This document shows, piece after piece, positions 1-8,875 of a DNA stretch of 36,877 bases. Each line of letters begins with the position of its first letter. The first letter of the stretch is position 1. The notes under the pieces are model-generated. The model saw only the letters and a program-made list of their open reading frames with translations, was not told where the DNA came from and made no database searches. Source of the stretch: an uncultured Bacilli bacterium (GTDB lineage Bacteria; Bacillota_I; Bacilli_A; RF39; UBA660); NCBI GenBank assembly GCA_947588865.1, contig CANPYQ010000001.1:1-36877 (forward strand), given 5' to 3'. The position numbers and the translations under genes are program-made.

Positions 1-269
1 TCAACACATTCTTTAATTTTAATAATATCATTATCATTAATTCTTTTAGGGGAATGAATAGGTCTTCTAGATTTATCCTTTAATCCAGCAATACCATAAA
101 CAGCATATCTTCTACACCATTTCTTAATAGTATTTTTAGAACAATTATAAAATCTAGCAGCTACTTTAATACCATTTTCATTAGAATATCTAACCAACTC
201 TAATCTTTTATCGACTAATACTTTTTCATTATCAATACTATCATAGAGTTCTTTATAACTTGTCCACAT
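1..269 (-). CDS. IS481-family-like transposase, N-terminal HTH part (partial, continues beyond the window edge)
   Basis: My own translation of the minus strand from the ATG at 269 gives MWTSYKELYDSIDNEKVLVDKRLELVRYSNENGIKVAARFYNCSKNTIKKWCRRYAVYGIAGLKDKSRRPIHSPKRINDNDIIKIKECV with no stops. The pattern HTH...KW..RY...G..GL.D.SRRP..SP is typical of IS481-type transposase N-termini. Confidence 0.7.
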   Translation of the reverse strand, partial: MWTSYKELYDSIDNEKVLVDKRLELVRYSNENGIKVAARFYNCSKNTIKKWCRRYAVYGIAGLKDKSRRPIHSPKRINDNDIIKIKECV

Positions 270-364
270 AAATTTCACCTCCAATCTATAACCACATATT
301 ATATATCAAAATACAAAAAATACATAATAACCATGGGGTCACTATGTATTATATATTTTTAAAA
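1..364 (-). mobile_element. Partial IS copy (IS481-family-like), inner end. The transposase gene reads leftward out of the window.
   Basis: The reverse complement of 235-364 matches 36748-36877 over about 130 nt, with 3 mismatches (left 240, 306, 312 = right 36872, 36806, 36800). Homology stops at 364/365. It contains the transposase start and its RBS (cacctcc, 276-283). Confidence 0.75.
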
Positions 365-438
365 ATAAGTAAAGTTTACTTGTTTTTTTATTTAGAATGA
401 TTTATAATAATATTATAATGAGATTGTAGGTGACAAAT

Positions 439-3171
439 ATGAAAAATAAAATTATGTATTTCGTTATAATAATTACTCTAAGTGTACTTTGTATGATACC
501 ATCAAAAGAAACAGTTAAAGCTTATGATGTTGAACCAAACTTTGACACTGGTGATTCTGGGGGCAGTAGCTCTTGTAATACACAAGCATGCGCAAATTCG
601 GAAAATATTGTTGATGGAATTACAGGGATTATATATGGACTCAGGATTTCTGTAGTGGATAGTACGGGTAAAGGTACAGTTAAAAATGCAAAAAATTTTT
701 GGGCTACAGAAAGTATGTACGATTTTTTCAAAAATTCAAAATCATATTCAGATAACAACAATCCAAGCCAATTAAAAATCTCTAAATGGGGCGGTGGCAT
801 GAGTTCGTACAAAACAAAATATGTAAAAGGGATTTTTAGTGAGATCGGTTATACCTTGCCCCAAAAGGCATATTCAGAGTTTAAAGAAAGCTTATCTGAA
901 TCTAATGGTAAAGTTTTAGAAATCATACTTAATGAATTTGGCATTACACCTAAAGAAGCTATTGAAAGCAATTATTGGTTAAAGGTAGAACCAATTTATG
1001 CTTTACATGAAAAATTTTATATGCATAATATTTTTTATTTTGGGACATCATCAGAAATTATGACGAGTATGGATAGTATGACAAAAAGAGCATGTTCCGA
1101 CTCTCGTTCTTGCTCATATGGTTCAGCTTTTTATGACGGCGGATGCATCGGAGATGTAGGGAGTGATTGGAATGTAGTTAGAAATTTTATAGTTTCAATT
1201 TATACGCCTTGTGATAGCCTAAAACCATCAGGTGTACCATGCTACGGAGGAAATGTAAGCTACTACAAGTCTTTTATTAATAATGGAGAATGTATTAATA
1301 ATGCGAAAAATTTGGTTGAAGGTTATAAAAAATCAGATGATGGTTTTCTTGGCTTAGGTGTGGGATATATAAAAATTAGCGATTATATAAAAAAAACATA
1401 TGTTAAAATAACAAAAACGGATAATCAAGGCAATACAATCACCAATCCAAAAGCAACCTTTAATTTTAAATTATTTAAAATTAATGATTATGATGGTTCT
1501 AAACAACAAATAAAAAATTTTACTTATTATGATAAACGAGATGATAATCCAAAAACATCAACTGCTGATGGTGTAATAGTATTTAACAATTCACAAAGTA
1601 GTATAATAATCGAATTGCCTATAGGCCACTATTATCTTGAAGAACAAGATCCAGATCCAGATAGCAAATATTATTATTATGTACATGATAAAAATGGTAA
1701 TAAATATGTTGACTTTAGAGTTGAATCTTATCACTCCTTAGACAATCCTAAAGATGTAAAAATTAAAAATTATACTGAATGTGAATATAGGCGTGATGTT
1801 ATATTAGCTAATTATAGCCAACTAACAATAGACCGAAAAAGGGCGTTGATAGAGTTGTATGAGGATCTTTTGGGGAGAAAATATAGTGAAGGTTCCATTG
1901 ATTATAGAGGACTTTTGGATTTTAGTAATCCAAAATGTGAAACAGTTAACAATGTATATTCTTCAACAATAGGTTGTTTAAAAGGTAGAATTAATGGTAT
2001 ATTTAAAGGTGAAGAAGATATAACTGAGAGCTCGTTTAACAGTGATAATATATCTGCATATACTGAGAAGGACAGCAAAGATGGTAATAAGGTGTATTGC
2101 CAAACTACTTATTCGTTAGATAACAAATTAGGTACAAGCTCGTTTAAGTCAAAAGCTGGACGAATGCCTATCCAAAAATTAACATTAGATGAGGCAGTAG
2201 CTACGGAAGGTACATTAACGATAAAATGTTTTGTATTGAATGAAAATACTTATAATAAAACTTATGATTATAAAGATTATGTAAAGAGTGTTAAATTCAA
2301 TAACGATCCTCTACCAGTTAGAGACGGTAAAAAGCTTAAAGAATTTGGTTCCACTGATACTAAATTTACTTTAAACAAAGACAGTGATAATTTTTATAAA
2401 GGTGAAAAAGCTATAGATTTTTACTTAAATCCTATATATTTGCATGTAGGGAATGGGAAATCACTAATTAAACAAGAAATGATAAATGATAGTAAATATA
2501 TATTTGCAGGTTATGGAATAATTAGCAAATTTACTAGCGAACTATCAGATAATGTTATTTATTTTAATGTAAACTACAAAGGTGAAGATTATAGTAGCGA
2601 TGCCTGCAAATATGATGTCACTCGAGAGCTAATTATACCAGAAGATCCTGATAATCCAGGTGATCCTGGTGATTATAAGTTAAATCTTGAATTTAGAATC
2701 ATTGATACACTTAATCCATTTCCAGGATATGACGGAAAAGGAAGACAAGTAGGCAAAAATTGGTGTGGAGGTAATATAGATTTTGATTATTTGTCAGAAA
2801 AAATACTAAATATTTTTTCTAAAATTGAAACTGTTGATGAAAAAAGTCTATATGATTATGATAAAAATGGAGATGGTGAAGTAAACGCAACAGATGCGTT
2901 TTATGTAAAACAACAGAAGGGTGAATATTGTAAAAATATTAATGAAAAAGTTGAAGAATTTATAACAAATAGAACAAATAGTTATGGAAGAAAGCCAAGT
3001 GATGGAACTACTGGTAAAGCAATATATACTATAGAGTTGACACCTGATAAAATAAAAGATATAAGAGGTTATAATAAAGATAACAGTTATGATGATTATG
3101 ATAAGTTAAAGTGTACTGATGGCAATGATTGCAAAAGTCAATTTTTGACTGACTATTTTGGAATTGAATAA
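439..3171 (+). CDS. Large secreted Cys-rich surface/adhesin-like protein with a SpaA/CnaB-type (prealbumin-fold) domain and one dockerin/EF-hand-like Ca-binding loop
   Basis: The ORF is 430-3171. The preferred start is ATG 439, 5 nt after AGGTGA (428-433). Signal peptide MKNKIMYFVIIITLSVLCMIPSKETVKA. The segment YVKITKTDNQGNTITNPKATFNFKLF...GHYYLEEQDPDPD resembles SpaA/CnaB domains. DYDKNGDGEVNATDAFYV is a single dockerin-type loop. No LPXTG motif and no C-terminal TM segment. Confidence 0.85.
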   Translation: MKNKIMYFVIIITLSVLCMIPSKETVKAYDVEPNFDTGDSGGSSSCNTQACANSENIVDGITGIIYGLRISVVDSTGKGTVKNAKNFWATESMYDFFKNSKSYSDNNNPSQLKISKWGGGMSSYKTKYVKGIFSEIGYTLPQKAYSEFKESLSESNGKVLEIILNEFGITPKEAIESNYWLKVEPIYALHEKFYMHNIFYFGTSSEIMTSMDSMTKRACSDSRSCSYGSAFYDGGCIGDVGSDWNVVRNFIVSIYTPCDSLKPSGVPCYGGNVSYYKSFINNGECINNAKNLVEGYKKSDDGFLGLGVGYIKISDYIKKTYVKITKTDNQGNTITNPKATFNFKLFKINDYDGSKQQIKNFTYYDKRDDNPKTSTADGVIVFNNSQSSIIIELPIGHYYLEEQDPDPDSKYYYYVHDKNGNKYVDFRVESYHSLDNPKDVKIKNYTECEYRRDVILANYSQLTIDRKRALIELYEDLLGRKYSEGSIDYRGLLDFSNPKCETVNNVYSSTIGCLKGRINGIFKGEEDITESSFNSDNISAYTEKDSKDGNKVYCQTTYSLDNKLGTSSFKSKAGRMPIQKLTLDEAVATEGTLTIKCFVLNENTYNKTYDYKDYVKSVKFNNDPLPVRDGKKLKEFGSTDTKFTLNKDSDNFYKGEKAIDFYLNPIYLHVGNGKSLIKQEMINDSKYIFAGYGIISKFTSELSDNVIYFNVNYKGEDYSSDACKYDVTRELIIPEDPDNPGDPGDYKLNLEFRIIDTLNPFPGYDGKGRQVGKNWCGGNIDFDYLSEKILNIFSKIETVDEKSLYDYDKNGDGEVNATDAFYVKQQKGEYCKNINEKVEEFITNRTNSYGRKPSDGTTGKAIYTIELTPDKIKDIRGYNKDNSYDDYDKLKCTDGNDCKSQFLTDYFGIE

Positions 3172-3199
3172 AGATGGCAAGTCTATCTTTATTTTTTTT
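3169..3199 (+). terminator. Rho-independent terminator after the adhesin-like gene
   Basis: taaagat (3169-3175) pairs with atcttta (3185-3191) around a 9-nt loop, followed by T8 (3192-3199). The stem is AT-rich and therefore weak. Confidence 0.5.
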
Positions 3200-3239
3200 A
3201 AAATATATTGTATAATTATTTAAGATAAGGAGGGGTTGT

Positions 3240-4805
3240 ATGATACTTAAAAAACCGTATGCATTTTTTATTAAGATGTTTAAGCCTATTCATTTAGTAT
3301 TGGCTTTGATTGTGGCTTATCTAATATTTTTAGAAAATAGAATACTAACATTTTTAAATGGGTATATGTATTCATCAATTGATACTTCCTTAAAAAATAT
3401 AAAGGGTAATTTAGCTAATAATTTTATATTTATTATTCCTATGTTAATAATTGTTTTATCATTACTCATATTGGGAGTAATGTTTAGGAAGAAGAAGCCT
3501 GTATTATTTTATTTTATAAATATATTTATATTTATTGTTTCAATAATAATAAATTTATATGTTTCTAATTTTTTAGGAGTTTTGGAACAATCTGTGGTAT
3601 CTATTAGAATTGTAAAATTAATGCATGATTTATTATTTATAAATATAATGCTTCAAAGTGTAATGTTTATATTCTTAATAATAAGGGGTATGGGTATTAA
3701 TTTTAAGAAATTTGATTTTAGTAATGATATTTCTAAATTTGAAATAAATGAAAGTGACGATGAAGAATTTGAATTAGATATTAATATAGATTTAGATGAG
3801 AACAAAAGAAAAAGAAAAAAGAATTTAAGGTATTTAAAATATACTTATATAGAAAATAAATTTATAATAAATATTGTTTTAATAATCTTTGTAATTATAT
3901 TGTCATTGGTAATTTATGGTATTATTAAAGTTTATTATAAAAATAATAAAGAAGGTAAAATTTATAGCGCCAATACATTTAGTTTTGGTGTGAATGAAAC
4001 TCTTATTTTAAATAGGGATTATAGTGGTAGAAAGTTAACTGATAATTATTTAATAGTAGTAAACACTTCTATTGCTTCTAATTATCAAGATAATATTTTA
4101 TATTTAAAGGATTTTAGTTTAAAAATAGGTAATGCTGTATTTAAACCTGTTACTGATTATGCTAAATCTTTAATAGATATAGGGAACGTATATAATGAAA
4201 CAGTATTACCTTTTGAATATACTAATTATTTATTTGTATATGAAATTCCAGAGAAATTTAAAACTAGTGATATGATATTTAGCTATAGTAATGAGGGTAA
4301 AAGTATTGATATAAAGTTGAAGCCTAAAGAGCAACAAAACAGTGATATTATTGTTGAAAAAAGCATTGGCGAAGAGATGCAGTTTAATGAATCTATTGGG
4401 GATATTAAATTTGAAATAAATGATTTTGAAATAAAAGATAGATATTTAGTTGAGTATAATTATTGCATAAATGATAATGATTGTATTTTATCTAAGGAGT
4501 ATTTAGTAGCTTCTATAAATGAAAATTTTGATAAATATATATTAAGACTAGATATTAATTATAATGATAATTCATCTTTAAAATTAAGTGATTTTTATGA
4601 TTTACTTGAAGGATTTGGTTCGATTCAGTATAAGATAAATGATTCATGGATTGTTCAATCTGATAATTTTGAGGAAATTAAGAGTTCTAAGGCAAATATG
4701 GGTAATAATATTTATATAGGTGTTAACTCTGAGGTTATGAATGCAACAAATATTAAATTTGTATTTAATATTAGGGGTTCTAGATATGAATATACAATAA
4801 AGTAG
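3240..4805 (+). CDS. Polytopic membrane protein with a C-terminal extracytoplasmic beta-rich domain (DUF4352-like pattern)
   Basis: RBS AAGGAGG (3227-3233) lies 6 nt before the ATG. There are about 5 N-terminal hydrophobic helices, an acidic/basic linker (DDEEFELDINIDLDENKRKRKK), another TM segment, then LIVVNTSIASNYQDNILYLKDFSLKIGNAVFKPV-type strands. Confidence 0.75.
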   Translation: MILKKPYAFFIKMFKPIHLVLALIVAYLIFLENRILTFLNGYMYSSIDTSLKNIKGNLANNFIFIIPMLIIVLSLLILGVMFRKKKPVLFYFINIFIFIVSIIINLYVSNFLGVLEQSVVSIRIVKLMHDLLFINIMLQSVMFIFLIIRGMGINFKKFDFSNDISKFEINESDDEEFELDINIDLDENKRKRKKNLRYLKYTYIENKFIINIVLIIFVIILSLVIYGIIKVYYKNNKEGKIYSANTFSFGVNETLILNRDYSGRKLTDNYLIVVNTSIASNYQDNILYLKDFSLKIGNAVFKPVTDYAKSLIDIGNVYNETVLPFEYTNYLFVYEIPEKFKTSDMIFSYSNEGKSIDIKLKPKEQQNSDIIVEKSIGEEMQFNESIGDIKFEINDFEIKDRYLVEYNYCINDNDCILSKEYLVASINENFDKYILRLDINYNDNSSLKLSDFYDLLEGFGSIQYKINDSWIVQSDNFEEIKSSKANMGNNIYIGVNSEVMNATNIKFVFNIRGSRYEYTIK

Positions 4806-4812
4806 GTGAAAA

Positions 4813-5478
4813 ATGAAAAGAAAAATAATATTTTTACTTGTTTTAATGTTTATTATGAAATTAAATGCTTCTGCTTTAACTTATGGTGGATGTGAGTATT
4901 CAACTATATCTAGATTAAAATCTTTAGTTACTAATGTAAATATTAGTTATAGTTATCATATGGAAGGAAATGAGCCATATTTTGATGTTACTCTTACTAA
5001 TATAACACCTGATATGTATTTTAAGGATACATTAACTAATACAATTTATAATTATGATAATACAAATAATGGGGAAATAACTATTACTAATTATAAAGGA
5101 TATTCTGGTAGCTATAAATTTTATTCAACTAATGGTGCTTGTTACGGAATCTCACTTGGAACTAAGTATTATAAATTTCCTTCATATAATAATTACTATA
5201 CAGATGAACAGTGTGCTGATATAAAAAATTATAGTTTATGCCAAAAATGGGTAAATGTAAATTATAATTATGATGAATTTTCAAAACTTATTGCTGAATA
5301 TAAAGAAAGCTTAAATGCTAAAGATGATGATGAACTCGATGTCGAATATAATAATGGGCTTTTAAATACTATTATTAGTTTTTATACAAAATACTATTAT
5401 TTAATATTAATTGGTATTATACTAATTTGTAGTGTGATTATATTTATAAATAGAAGAAGAAATAAATTTGATTTGTAA
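4813..5478 (+). CDS. Surface protein with an N-terminal signal peptide and a C-terminal TM anchor
   Basis: RBS AGGTGA lies upstream. Signal peptide MKRKIIFLLVLMFIMKLNASA. C-terminal segment YYYLILIGIILICSVIIFINRRRNKFDL. There are 4 extracytoplasmic Cys. The gene starts 7 nt after the previous stop. Confidence 0.75.
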   Translation: MKRKIIFLLVLMFIMKLNASALTYGGCEYSTISRLKSLVTNVNISYSYHMEGNEPYFDVTLTNITPDMYFKDTLTNTIYNYDNTNNGEITITNYKGYSGSYKFYSTNGACYGISLGTKYYKFPSYNNYYTDEQCADIKNYSLCQKWVNVNYNYDEFSKLIAEYKESLNAKDDDELDVEYNNGLLNTIISFYTKYYYLILIGIILICSVIIFINRRRNKFDL

Positions 5479-5480
5479 TA

Positions 5481-5509
5481 TTGTAAAAAAAAATAATATG
5501 TGGTAAAAT
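5481..5509 (+). promoter_or_regulatory. Sigma-A-type promoter for the Tad-like operon
   Basis: TTGTAA (5481-5486), 17-nt spacer, TAAAAT (5504-5509), with TGg immediately upstream (extended -10). The spacer contains an A9 run (5485-5493). Confidence 0.55.
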
Positions 5510-5545
5510 TAATTATAGTAGATGTTATTAAAGTAGGTGATAAGT

Positions 5546-5947
5546 TTGAAAGAATCTATGTGGGGGTATGCAGTTATTACGTTAGGTATACTAGCTGTTG
5601 GTATTATTTGGTTCTTTGCAAATGTAACAAGAACAGATCAACATAATTATAATTTACTTAAAGAGACCGTTGAAGCTTCTATGTTTGATGCACTTGATTT
5701 GTCTGCTTATAGAAAAGATGGAACGGTTAAGATTATAGAAGCAAAATTTGTTGAAAATTTTATTAGAAGATTTGCGGAAAATGCTGATTTATCTAATGAT
5801 TATAAAATAGAAATATTCGATGTAAATGAAACACCACCTAAAGTAAGTTTGAGAGTTTCAAGTAGAAATTCAACGGGGGTAACAGGAGAAATGGTTGATT
5901 TTAATATAGTTAATAATATAGATGCTATATTGGAAACAAAGTATTGA
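5546..5947 (+). CDS. Pilin-like / TadE-TadG-like protein with an MKESxxG leader
   Basis: The ORF track starts at GTG 5537. I prefer TTG 5546, 5 nt after AGGTGA (5535-5540), which gives MKESMWGYAVITLGILAVGIIWFF. This parallels the leaders of the genes at 9766, 10387 and 10859. Confidence 0.7.
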   Translation: MKESMWGYAVITLGILAVGIIWFFANVTRTDQHNYNLLKETVEASMFDALDLSAYRKDGTVKIIEAKFVENFIRRFAENADLSNDYKIEIFDVNETPPKVSLRVSSRNSTGVTGEMVDFNIVNNIDAILETKY

Positions 5948-5962
5948 GAGGAGAATAAAAAG

Positions 5963-6832
5963 ATGAATAATTTTGTTATAGGTTTAAAAAGATTTTTTAC
6001 GAATAAGAATGTTGTTACTATTATATTAGTATTAGTTATTTTAGGCATTCTTTATTATGGATACAGTTCTAGTATAAAAAAGCAAACTAATCCAGTTAAT
6101 ATGCCTGTTGCAGCGCATACTATAAGTTCTAGAACACAGGTTACTGATGAAGATGTAATGTATACAACTGTTGCAAATAGTATGATAGGCGAAGGTGCTA
6201 TACGTAATTCAAATGATATAATAGGTAAATATACTAATGTTAATGTTACTATTCCAACTGGAAGTATATTTTATAGTGAATGGTTATCTGATGAGGATGA
6301 TATTCCAGGAAATTGGATTGAGCAATTAGACTATAAAAAAGGTGAATTAGGATATTATATGGATGTAAGTGTAGAAAGCACTTTAGGTAAATCAGTACTT
6401 CCAGATACATATATAGATATATTTATGAAGGCAACTGATGAAAACGGAACTGTTATGTTTGGTAAACTTATGAAAAATGTAAAAGTTTTAGTTGTACATG
6501 ATGGGGATGGTAATAATGTATTTGATAATGCAGCTGAGATAGGAACACCATCTAAGATTGGTTTTGCAGTAAGCCAGGATTATTATATATTACTTAAAAA
6601 AGCAGAATATTTGGATGTAGAACTTGTTTTAGCACCTCGTGGATCTACAATTCCAAGTCAAGATTATGTTATTGTTACAAGTTCAACATTAAGAGATTAT
6701 ATTGATGCTCAAACTATAACTGTTGAAGAAGATATTATTGCTGAAGAAATAAATGATAACGATAAAAACAATGAGAATCAAGATAATGCAGAAGGTAATA
6801 CAGATCAAAATAATCAAAATGCTACTGAGTGA
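5963..6832 (+). CDS. CpaB/RcpC-like Flp pilus assembly protein (N-terminal TM plus SAF-like domain)
   Basis: RBS GAGGAG. N-terminal TM segment VVTIILVLVILGILYY. PVAAHTISSRTQVTDEDVMYTTVANSMIGEGAIRNSNDIIGKYTNVNVTIPTGSIF follows the CpaB SAF-domain pattern. It sits directly upstream of the Tad ATPase. Confidence 0.7.
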   Translation: MNNFVIGLKRFFTNKNVVTIILVLVILGILYYGYSSSIKKQTNPVNMPVAAHTISSRTQVTDEDVMYTTVANSMIGEGAIRNSNDIIGKYTNVNVTIPTGSIFYSEWLSDEDDIPGNWIEQLDYKKGELGYYMDVSVESTLGKSVLPDTYIDIFMKATDENGTVMFGKLMKNVKVLVVHDGDGNNVFDNAAEIGTPSKIGFAVSQDYYILLKKAEYLDVELVLAPRGSTIPSQDYVIVTSSTLRDYIDAQTITVEEDIIAEEINDNDKNNENQDNAEGNTDQNNQNATE

Positions 6833-6836
6833 TTAA

Positions 6837-7961
6837 ATGCACGATAATATATTTGAAGGAATGGACTTTGGTCCGTTAAAAGAATATTTAGAAAATGATG
6901 ATATTACCGATATTTCTTATAGCAATAACGGGCAGGTTTGGTTGAAAACTTTATCAAAAGGAATTTTTAGAATTGAAAATCCAGCTATAAATAATGCATT
7001 TATGGAGAAACTTGCATTTCAATGTTCAAATGTTATGGGAAAAAGTTTTAATGCTGCACATCCTTTTTTGGATAGTGAGAGTGCAGAATTACGTATGAAT
7101 TTTGTCCATGATTCTATTGCAAAAAATGGAATCGCTTGTGTTATACGTAAAACACCGGCAAAAATTCGTTTAGAGAGAAACAAAATATTAAAAGAAAAAT
7201 ATATTACAGAAGACATATTGGACTTTTTAATAACTTGTGTACATGGACATTGTAATATAATTGTATGTGGAGAAACTGGATCTGGTAAGACAGAGTTCGT
7301 AAAATTCTTAGCTTCAAATACTTATGAAAATGAAAAATTAATAACTATAGAAGATACTTTGGAACTGCACTTGGATAGGATATATCCAAATAGAGATATT
7401 GTTGCTATGAAAACTAACAATATTGCTAGTTATTCAGATGTTCTAGTTACTTGTATGAGACAGAATCCTAAATGGATATTATTATCAGAGGTTCGTAGTG
7501 CAGAGGCTGTTATGGCTGTTAGAAACTCTATTTCTTCAGGTCACTATATATTATCAACTATACATGCTGATAAAGCAGCTTCTATTCCAAATCGTATGTA
7601 TAGTTTGCTTGAAACTAATCAAGATATTGAACAATTTTTGAAATCTATTTATAGATATATTCAAATAGGAGTATATATAAGGGGATATCAGGATAAAATT
7701 TCAAAGAGCTTTGTAAGAGAAATTGCTGAAGTTACAGAATTTTATGTAACTGAGGATAATGAAGCAAAATATAATACTTTGTATAAAAAAACTCCCGATG
7801 GAACTGTTTATAGGAAAAACCCAAGTAAATATTTAATAGAATATTTAGAGGCACAGGGAACGGTTTTACCAACAGGATTTATAAAAGAGGAATATGATAA
7901 AGATAATAAAGTTGTTGAAAAAAAATCTTTAAATGATAATAACGAAATAATTTTTGAATAG
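6837..7961 (+). CDS. CpaF/TadA-type (VirB11-superfamily) secretion ATPase
   Basis: Walker A GETGSGKT, Asp box TIEDTLEL, Walker B region RQNPKWILLSEVR, His box LSTIHA. It is followed by two TadB/C-like genes. Confidence 0.9.
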   Translation: MHDNIFEGMDFGPLKEYLENDDITDISYSNNGQVWLKTLSKGIFRIENPAINNAFMEKLAFQCSNVMGKSFNAAHPFLDSESAELRMNFVHDSIAKNGIACVIRKTPAKIRLERNKILKEKYITEDILDFLITCVHGHCNIIVCGETGSGKTEFVKFLASNTYENEKLITIEDTLELHLDRIYPNRDIVAMKTNNIASYSDVLVTCMRQNPKWILLSEVRSAEAVMAVRNSISSGHYILSTIHADKAASIPNRMYSLLETNQDIEQFLKSIYRYIQIGVYIRGYQDKISKSFVREIAEVTEFYVTEDNEAKYNTLYKKTPDGTVYRKNPSKYLIEYLEAQGTVLPTGFIKEEYDKDNKVVEKKSLNDNNEIIFE

Positions 7962-7972
7962 GAGGGAACAAT

Positions 7973-8875
7973 ATGAATATAACTATAATTTTTATAATTG
8001 TGTCTATACTAGCTATATTCCTAATTATATATAGGAGTAGTATTGGTGAACAAACTTATAAATATATAAGTACACAAAGTAGAAGATTATATAGTAAAGT
8101 TGCTCCTTATACATATAAAGAAATAAGAAAAAAAATAAAAGAATTAAAGCAAGATTATACAGTAACTCAGTATATTGGACAAGTAATATTATTTGCGGTA
8201 GGAGCTGGGGTCGTAACATATTTGTATTTTTACAGTTTAGTTGTATCTATAATTTATGCTGTACTTGCAGTCACAGCGGTACCATATATTAATTATTTAA
8301 GATGCAAAAGACTTTATAGCGAATTTATATTTGAACAAGTCCAAGTATATACGACAAATGTTATAATGGAGTTTGCGACAACTCAAAGTTTCGTTAAGTC
8401 ACTTGAAGGTGTGTATTCATCTGGTATATTGGAAGATCCTGTTAAACAAGACGTTAAAGCTATGATTGATATGGCATATGAGAATGGTACAATAAATCAA
8501 TCACTAGAGTATATGAACGAAAAATACGATTTTTATATGGTAAAAAATATGCATCAATTATTTTTACAAATAACTAATGAAGGATCAAAAGATGCTAGTG
8601 ATTCACTTGAAAATATGTCACTTGATATAGATATGCTTGTAGAAGCAGTTTATAGAGATAGGTTGGATAGAGAAGCCTTTTATAAAAAATTTATTAAATT
8701 TGGTTTAATATTATATTTGATGATAGGATTAGTACAAATAATGTTAGGAGACACATATCATAGTATGCTTAATTTATGGTATGTTAGACTTTTGTTACAT
8801 ATAATTGTAATTATAAATACTTATTTCTTATTATCTGGTACTAAATTTTATAATGAGAATGTGGGGGCTGAATAA
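7973..8875 (+). CDS. TadB-like (GspF/T2SSF-domain) pilus platform membrane protein
   Basis: RBS GGAGGG. The layout is N-terminal TM, central TM pair, a helical cytoplasmic domain (FEQVQVYTTNVIMEFATTQSFVKSLEGV...INQSLEYM) and C-terminal TM segments. This architecture and position are typical of TadB. Confidence 0.7.
   Translation: MNITIIFIIVSILAIFLIIYRSSIGEQTYKYISTQSRRLYSKVAPYTYKEIRKKIKELKQDYTVTQYIGQVILFAVGAGVVTYLYFYSLVVSIIYAVLAVTAVPYINYLRCKRLYSEFIFEQVQVYTTNVIMEFATTQSFVKSLEGVYSSGILEDPVKQDVKAMIDMAYENGTINQSLEYMNEKYDFYMVKNMHQLFLQITNEGSKDASDSLENMSLDIDMLVEAVYRDRLDREAFYKKFIKFGLILYLMIGLVQIMLGDTYHSMLNLWYVRLLLHIIVIINTYFLLSGTKFYNENVGAE

Noticed and set aside
2854-2907. The dockerin motif as evidence for a cellulosome-type cohesin-dockerin system.
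   Set aside because: Only a single Ca-binding loop is present, whereas true dockerins have a duplicated 22-residue segment. No cohesin-like or glycoside-hydrolase context exists. It is better treated as a generic EF-hand-like loop.
3240-4805. The polytopic N-terminal half of this protein, and the membrane protein at 28655-29245, as the missing prepilin peptidase.
   Set aside because: Neither contains the paired Asp motifs (GxGD[VI]K-type) of A24 prepilin peptidases. Their helix patterns look different as well.
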